A stretch of 64,000 nucleotides of DNA from positions 69,589-133,588 of the forward strand of contig JAUCBJ010008499.1 in the NCBI GenBank assembly GCA_032718475.1, written 5' to 3'. The translations under genes were made by a program, and so were the position numbers. This DNA is from Nemertoderma westbladi (Eukaryota; Animalia; Xenacoelomorpha). Position 1 is the first letter of the stretch. The number at the start of each line of letters is the position of its first letter. The notes beneath the pieces were generated by a model, which made no database searches, was not told the DNA's origin, and saw nothing but the letters and a program-made list of their open reading frames with translations. Of this stretch, positions 57,781 to 64,000 are shown in pieces.

Positions 57781-59807
57781 ATTAAAGCAAATCACTTGAA
57801 CTAATTAAAAACTATAATAGAATGGCGTATGGGGATTACATCTGTATAATTTTTAATTATAATTATTTAAATCTTATACTGTAAAACAATTAATTTCCTT
57901 TAAAAGGCAGGTTGAAAATGGTGTTTTTACCGTAATAACTTAATTAACTAATTAACTGCTATTATCTTAGCTTCTCGAAGGCCACACTGAAATTCTACTT
58001 GGAAAATTTCTAAACTTTTGCCAAACAACATGTGTACCAAGTTTGGATAGATTTCATCAAAGATTGGCCGAGTTATTAACGTTTAAAATTGAACGCGACA
58101 GAACGACAGAACGACAGAACGACAGAACGACAGGTTGATTAATGGTACCACTACGCTAAGGCTCACTCACTTCGTGGCTCGCCCCACAGGTTGATTAATG
58201 GTACCACTACGCTAAGGCTAACTCACTTCGTGGCTCGCCCCACATATGCATGTGTGAAAGGGAAAATTTCATGGTAACAATAAATACAGTAATCATGACA
58301 AACAGCAGTTACAGATTCAGTGAAATCGGACAGATCTAGGCAGGTTCCATATTGGAAGTGGTAAAGATTCTCGCATAATATACAGTTAAATAAAGGTTCA
58401 TTACGGGATATTGTATATTAACATCCCTAATAATTATTACCGGACAGATGCAAATATCCATGAGGCCGTACAACCGAGTAGGGGACGAGGCAATCACACT
58501 GAAGTGACAATATGAGGGAACACCGAACCCATTCGGAAGATGGAAGGAGAACAGGAGCGGGAGGGGAGTTAATGGGAGGTCGAGGGGCAATCTCGAGAAT
58601 GTGGATATAACGAGGGACACAGACAGGGGGTAGAAAACCAGAGGATTAATCGATAGTGTGTTACCATGTCCATGAGTGACAGGGGGAATCGAGATAGGAC
58701 GGATAGTGAATCATTGATAGTGGAAGTAGTCTATGGCTTAAGCCAGACGAAGTAAACTGGCGAGATCGAACTTCAGGAGATTTCCATCATCCCGGAGAAA
58801 CACAGCCTGGAGAGTTATATTACACACCGCTAGAAGGATAAAGAGTCCATAGAGAAGACGAGCGAAAGAAGGGTTAACGAGAGGGAATTGAAGAGAAACT
58901 TCCCGTTGGGATGTAGCCATACTAATCTGCAGTTTGGCGATGGCAGGGAACTTCTCGGAATGTTCGAGAAAGGGCCAACGTCGATTCAGAAACTTCGATA
59001 CATACCGGTACTGTATTGCAAGCATTAGTAGAGTAGTGGATAGTGCAACGCACACGCTGGGATTAAACCCGGAAACTGCAGCGGAAACTAACTAATATAA
59101 AAAATGGTGTTGTTGATAATTTGGTATAGAAATGGTTCATAGAATTATGAGTTCTGTTTCTCAACGAAATTCAGACATTGTTTCATACTGTATTTGGAAT
59201 TCTCGCAGCGCAAAGCTTTCTAATGATATAAATAAATCGTGACTCATAATGACGAATGGTGGCGATACGAAGGGTGCAATTTCGTAAGACAATTTTTTAA
59301 AACGCTATAAAAATTTAAAGGCCAAATAAAAAATTCCGGCTTCATGGTAATATCTATGGTGCGAGTTGAACTATATAGTTTGTACTTTAAATTTCAATGA
59401 ATGATAAAGATTTGTATAAAAATTTGGGGTGGGGGGGGGTGTGTGGGTGGTCCATCTCATTAGAAAATAACATTATATATTATATTGGTCATGGTGGTAT
59501 GATTGTGTAGTTGTACAGTATGTGCTGGTGGACCGGTGCTAAAGGAATGGGGTGGGGATAATAAAAATATATTTCACAACCTCTTTAGTGGCTCCGTAAA
59601 ATAAGTACAAAAGCATAAATAAATTGAGGTGTTTTTCCTCTGCAACATAATACTAATTATAGTAACGCCCATGAGTCGCAGCGCTATCATGCGGGCAATA
59701 TAATTAACATTATCAATTGACCATTTCATTAGATGGGATTAGATGCCCGTACTTCCGATAACCGGAAGCAATCCTTATACCAACCATATCATAGACCATA
59801 ATCAAGG

Positions 59808-59944
59808 TGTAACCATAATCCAACTGATCCAATCAGACAATTGACTAATTAATGGTAAAACTGATACTGATACTGATACTGTAACCATAATCCAACTGAT
59901 CCAATCAGACAATTGACTAATTAATGGTAAAACTGATACTGATA
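59808..59944 (+). repeat. Tandem duplication of about 72 bp upstream of the CSD gene
   Basis: TGTAACCATAATCCAACTGATCCAATCAGACAATTGACTAATTAATGGTAAAACTGATACTGATA occurs twice. Confidence 0.85.
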
Positions 59945-60422
59945 TACCATAGCCTATACCAGTATACGGTACCCTGGTATCACAGTATCAGTACTCAATC
60001 TCTGCTTTCATCTACTGCTATACAGCTATACCACAGTACCAGTATACAGTCTGACATCCCGGCAGTCTGTTTTTTGATTTATTACCGGTCAGCCGGTACC
60101 CTGTGCCCTGTTCTGTTGTTACTTCTGTTTCTGTACTCACTCTACATCAGTACAGCAGTACATCTGTGATTTGTACAATACCGATCTTCAGATCTTGACC
60201 GCGACCGCCTGACCGCAGTCAGTACTGCAGTAAGCCTACCTGTTGTTATTACTGTACTGTAGGCCTACCGCCTAATACTGCACTGTAATACAAATAGGCC
60301 TACAGTAATAGCTCACCGATTACCGGTAGGTCTAATTAAAAACGAATAACTTATACCAGTACAGCAGTACACAGAACTTAATATCATATTATACTGTTAT
60401 AGGCCTAATAAATTACAGAAAA

Positions 60423-60692
60423 ATGGCAGTTGAAACAGGGGAATGCAAGTGGTTCAACAGCGAGAAGGGCTTTGGATTTATCACACCGGACCAAGGCGGG
60501 GACGATCTGTTCGTTCACCAGTCTCAGATACACTCACAGGGTTATCGTTCCTTGGGAGAGGGCGAGAAGGTTGAGTTCGTTCGAATTCACGATGACCGTA
60601 ACGGTAAAATGAAAGCGACCAATGTCACCGGTCCGAATGGTGGCTATGTCCAAGGAGATTCAGGTCGTGGTGGTGGCGGCGGTAGATGGTAG
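60423..60692 (+). CDS. Cold-shock-domain protein with Gly/Arg tail (Lin28- or plant GRP2-type CSD); possibly only the first coding exon
   Basis: [15 protein letters not shown] (RNP1), DLFVHQS (RNP2), [22 protein letters not shown]; acceptor-like TTACAG just before AAAAATG; possible donor GTAGGC at 60689. Confidence 0.9.
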   Translation: MAVETGECKWFNSEKGFGFITPDQGGDDLFVHQSQIHSQGYRSLGEGEKVEFVRIHDDRNGKMKATNVTGPNGGYVQGDSGRGGGGGRW

Positions 60693-61894
60693 GCCTAGAT
60701 GATTGAGGGATATAGGCCTAGTTATGTATTATGGTGTAAAAAACAGTCTTATCATAATCTATCACACTTGTTGACCTATTGCAGTGCAGTATAACTATCT
60801 ACTGGCCTTACAGTAGATTTTGTGTTATTCACTACTGCTCAACACTGCAGTGACTGGCGTGACCCAAGCGCTAGCCTACCCTGCCGACACCGTAACTACT
60901 GAACTACGGTACCGTTAATTAACAGAATCAAATCGCAATTTTTACATTAATTAGAATGGTTATTTTAGCGGGTTGAATATCTACATTGTAAGACGGATAT
61001 GTACGTTACTGCGTTAAGTATGAAGTATGGTACTTAGTGCACGGCAGGCCCTACATTACCGTACGCATGTCGCCTGTTTGCCGGGGTTTATGTTTACACT
61101 GTGGTTTATGGTGTCCGCAGGTAGACATTTAAGGATAGGCCTACTGAATAATACAGGGTTCTGTTGTGCGCCACACATGTTGAGCAAACTCGACCTAAAT
61201 TCCTACCCGGTTGTTGTATATATATATATACTGATATACTCAAAGTCAAACACATTTAGCAATAATAACACAGTAACTGGTTCTGGTTCGCAATATTTAG
61301 AAATATGTGCTGCAGTAACTAAGAGCGCAGATTTTCCCATACCGGTACATCCTGTTAACATGTAAAAGTGCAATAAATTAATGTCGCAAATATTGAAAAA
61401 AATGTTTTTATATACAGTTGTTCCCTTTCTATGTATCTTAAAGTTACTTAAATTCCGGAAAGATATACCTACCGATATGTATTAAATGATTATTTTCGTT
61501 TTTTTTAAGTGATATATTCCTGTATTCTTTTGTATATAAATAATATAACATTATGAATATAATTATATACCGGTATTTCTAGTTATTGTCAGTTTGTTAT
61601 TGTTCGGTATTTTTATACTGTGCAAAATTTATTTCAGATTCCTTAGTTTATACTAGTAATTTGTTCCGCAATGTGGTACGGAGTTGGTAAGAGTGAATGT
61701 TAATGTTATTTATCAAACTCGAAAGTAAAATGTGCAGTGCAGTCAGTTTATCTTGATTATTTGCCCACTTTCTGAAATATAAATATTAACTTGAGTTAGC
61801 TTTCAATGTTTTAGTTATAAATGTAATAACGTATTATATACCCATCCCATACCGATATCTCATTTCAAAGTAATGTATACAGAGTGTAAGGTCC

Positions 61895-62071
61895 AAGGTC
61901 CACTCGCCTTTTTTCCACTGGGGTCGATAAAATGAGTACTAGTTAATTTACTGGGAGCAAATCGTGGGATAGGAGTAGCGCCCACCCCTAGCCTCGGATA
62001 GCAGCTATCGAAAGAGGAGCCTTCGGGTCGCCTCCGACTTCGGCCGACTGTTTGCTTTTTTTTTTTTTTTT
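61895..62071 (+). mobile_element. 5'-truncated SINE-like fragment (Nin/Deu-type core plus structured 3' tail)
   Basis: GGTCGATAAAATGAGTAC resembles the recalled Nin/Deu SINE core; it is followed by GGAGTAGCGCCC..AGCTATCGAAAGAGGAGCCTTCGGGTCGCC and a T run. Confidence 0.4.
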
Positions 62072-62930
62072 AAATTACATGACCTACTTACTGTGGATCG
62101 GTTATTACCGCAGATATGCAGAGTTGCAAACATTCGAGAAATGTTATCACCAATATATAAACCATTATATAGGGGGAAATGTCCTCGACGGCAATATTTT
62201 TTTCGGGAGGGATAAATAATAAGTACTTTAAATTAAGGAAAATATACTTTCTATTGCGTTAACACTGGTGTGAATGGAACAAGGTAAATTGTGTTTTTCA
62301 TCACCACTAAAAATAAGCTTTTGTTTTCTCTATGGTGGGTACACCATCCTGGGGTCAACATTTCACATTATTGTTTTTTATTTACTTCATCTGAAACAGA
62401 ATTTTATGAGGATTTCAAATCCTAAAACAGCTTAGCGAGATCTCATTTAGTTCTTGAGTTATCGCTGTCTAGAGTCTATCGGTCTGTCCGTCGAAATGTG
62501 CAGACCAACAGGCAGACTGAATTCCCAAACACTGAGACTGACGTCGGAAATGACATACATTTACATAGATATACATTTTATGCATTTGATATATATAACA
62601 TATATACATTTTAAACTTTGAAATAAATTATATTGGAATGGAATGATATTTATTACTTTTTCAAATCAAATTCAATTCGATTCATTCACATTGGTTTCAA
62701 ATATTCTGATATATATTAACCGACTAGTGTCTTCAGTAACATTTTTAATTCCGCCACTCGCTGCTGGAGGGGGACAATACTTTTTCCAATTTGGGGGAAC
62801 TTTGGCCTTCCCAGCTGGCTGGATACAACATAATAGTGGTATTGAACAAAAACAAATAATTGTTATAACAAACTCGTCTTTAGACTGGGTAGTTTTGTCT
62901 AAAGCTGAGGCCGGCAAAAACATGATGGAT

Positions 62931-63430
62931 GTGGGGCGAGCCACGAAGTTGGCGGAGCCTTAGCGAATTGACACTGTTAGGGGGTGGGTCAATTTATGCA
63001 AATAGTTGTCGTCGTCGTCGTCGTTGTCGTCGTCGTTGTCGTCGTCGTCGTTACGATTTTGACATGCTAATAACTTTGTCGGATTTAAAGCTGCAAAGTT
63101 GAAAATTTGTAGGTATCAATATGAGCAAAAGTTGAGATTTTTGAGAGACTTTCAGACGCCATCAGTGCAATGGTCTCCCGCTAGAGGGCCACATGTCTAA
63201 ACATTAAATGCCCTCCCATTTCTTTGCTTTTAATCCGTTTAAGCTGAAACTTGGCAGATATGTATTAGACCATTAGCTGTGACTTTCAAAGGAGGCGAAT
63301 CCATCTGCAGTTCTCCAGTCTGCCGCTAGAGGGCCAACGTGACTATTTGCATAAATTGACCTACCCCCTAACAGTGTCAATTCGCTAAGGCTCTGCCAAC
63401 TTCGTGCTGCGCGAAGTCCCCACTTCGTGT
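62931..63430 (-). mobile_element. About 500-bp element with about 65-bp subterminal inverted repeats; same terminus family as the 50-58 kb array
   Basis: CACGAAGTTGGCGGAGCCTTAGCGAATTGACACTGTTAGGGG..TCAATTTATGCAAATAG (about 62942-63005) is inverted at about 63343-63405; internal (GTC)n. Confidence 0.75.
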
Positions 63431-64000
63431 TTGTATGTATGTATAACCAACAAATGGCTTCAAACCACTTGCTTGTATTAGAAAATTGTAAACGCGACTA
63501 TTTATAAATTAGTACTGTATATAGTTGTTAAGGGGGGGGGGGGGGTGGGGGGGGGGGGGGGGGGTACACCATTTTCGGACAACTCTTCGATTTATCACTC
63601 TCAGCGTTACAAAATTGTTTGGATTTGGCTATAATTTGGAATATTGGTGCCTAAGATGCTATTCTACATGACAGACAAAATTACAAAAGTATACAGAAAG
63701 ATACAAAATACAATATAAGAGATACAAAATTTTTATTTTTCGCTATTTAATATTAGTTAATACTAGTTAACAACAAAAATAACTTGGGTGCGCTTAAAAC
63801 CCTAAGGCTTTTACAGTTTTAAATCTAATCACATGAAAGTTTTTTTATATGATAGATCAAAGATGGGGCAACATAACTATCAGGCGAAAATTTGTGAAAA
63901 TAATTCTGCACCACTAGGTGGCGCTGCAAATTTATGCCAAATTTTTAGGTTTGTTATAAATAGTATTAAATTTTATTAACAAAATATTTCAAAAGGTTGT

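Larger units (their letters stand above)
50337..58244 (+). mobile_element. Head-to-tail array of about 1.5 kb non-autonomous elements (Helentron/DINE-like), about four partial or complete units
   Basis: TTTTAATTACTTTAGATCAATTAAAGACAC recurs at about 50343, 51893, 55202 and 56719. Head hairpin GGGCCTTCGCGCAGCACGAGGCCC follows 50719, 52501 and 55577. (GACAGAAC)n and tail CTTCGTGGCTCGCCCCACA lie at about 52305, 58170 and 58226. The repeats are certain; the family assignment is inference. Confidence 0.6.

Noticed and set aside
62643-62963. ORFs on both strands as candidate exons
   Set aside because: No Calx-beta, CSPG or zinc-knuckle similarity, and they run into a transposon end.

Overview
Animal (invertebrate-like), AT-rich genomic DNA. 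Positions 1-26.2 kb hold eight minus-strand exons of a FREM2/FRAS1-family extracellular-matrix gene (Calx-beta repeats plus the start of the C-terminal domain); I joined them by hand in frame with GT-AG sites. An intronless RNPC3 (U11/U12-65K) gene is nested on the same strand in one intron. The 16.5 kb intron 9472-26031 is almost entirely tandem copies of its own splice sites: about 450 copies of the acceptor and about 15 of the donor. Positions 29.3-48.4 kb are a large Bel/Pao LTR retrotransposon with about 2.2 kb LTRs and an intact 2764 aa gag-pol. It carries an extra 1235 aa ORF with a DEDDy-type 3'-5' exonuclease and three CCHC knuckles, and a 16-bp palindrome (CARACCCRCRGGTYTG) recurs eight times along the element in different reading frames. 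Its LTRs are identical in U3 but diverged in R-U5. The rest contains LINE fragments, MITEs, a head-to-tail array of Helentron-like elements with a piggyBac-type MITE and a LINE inserted, and a cold-shock-domain gene. All family assignments come from recalled motifs; no database searches were run.
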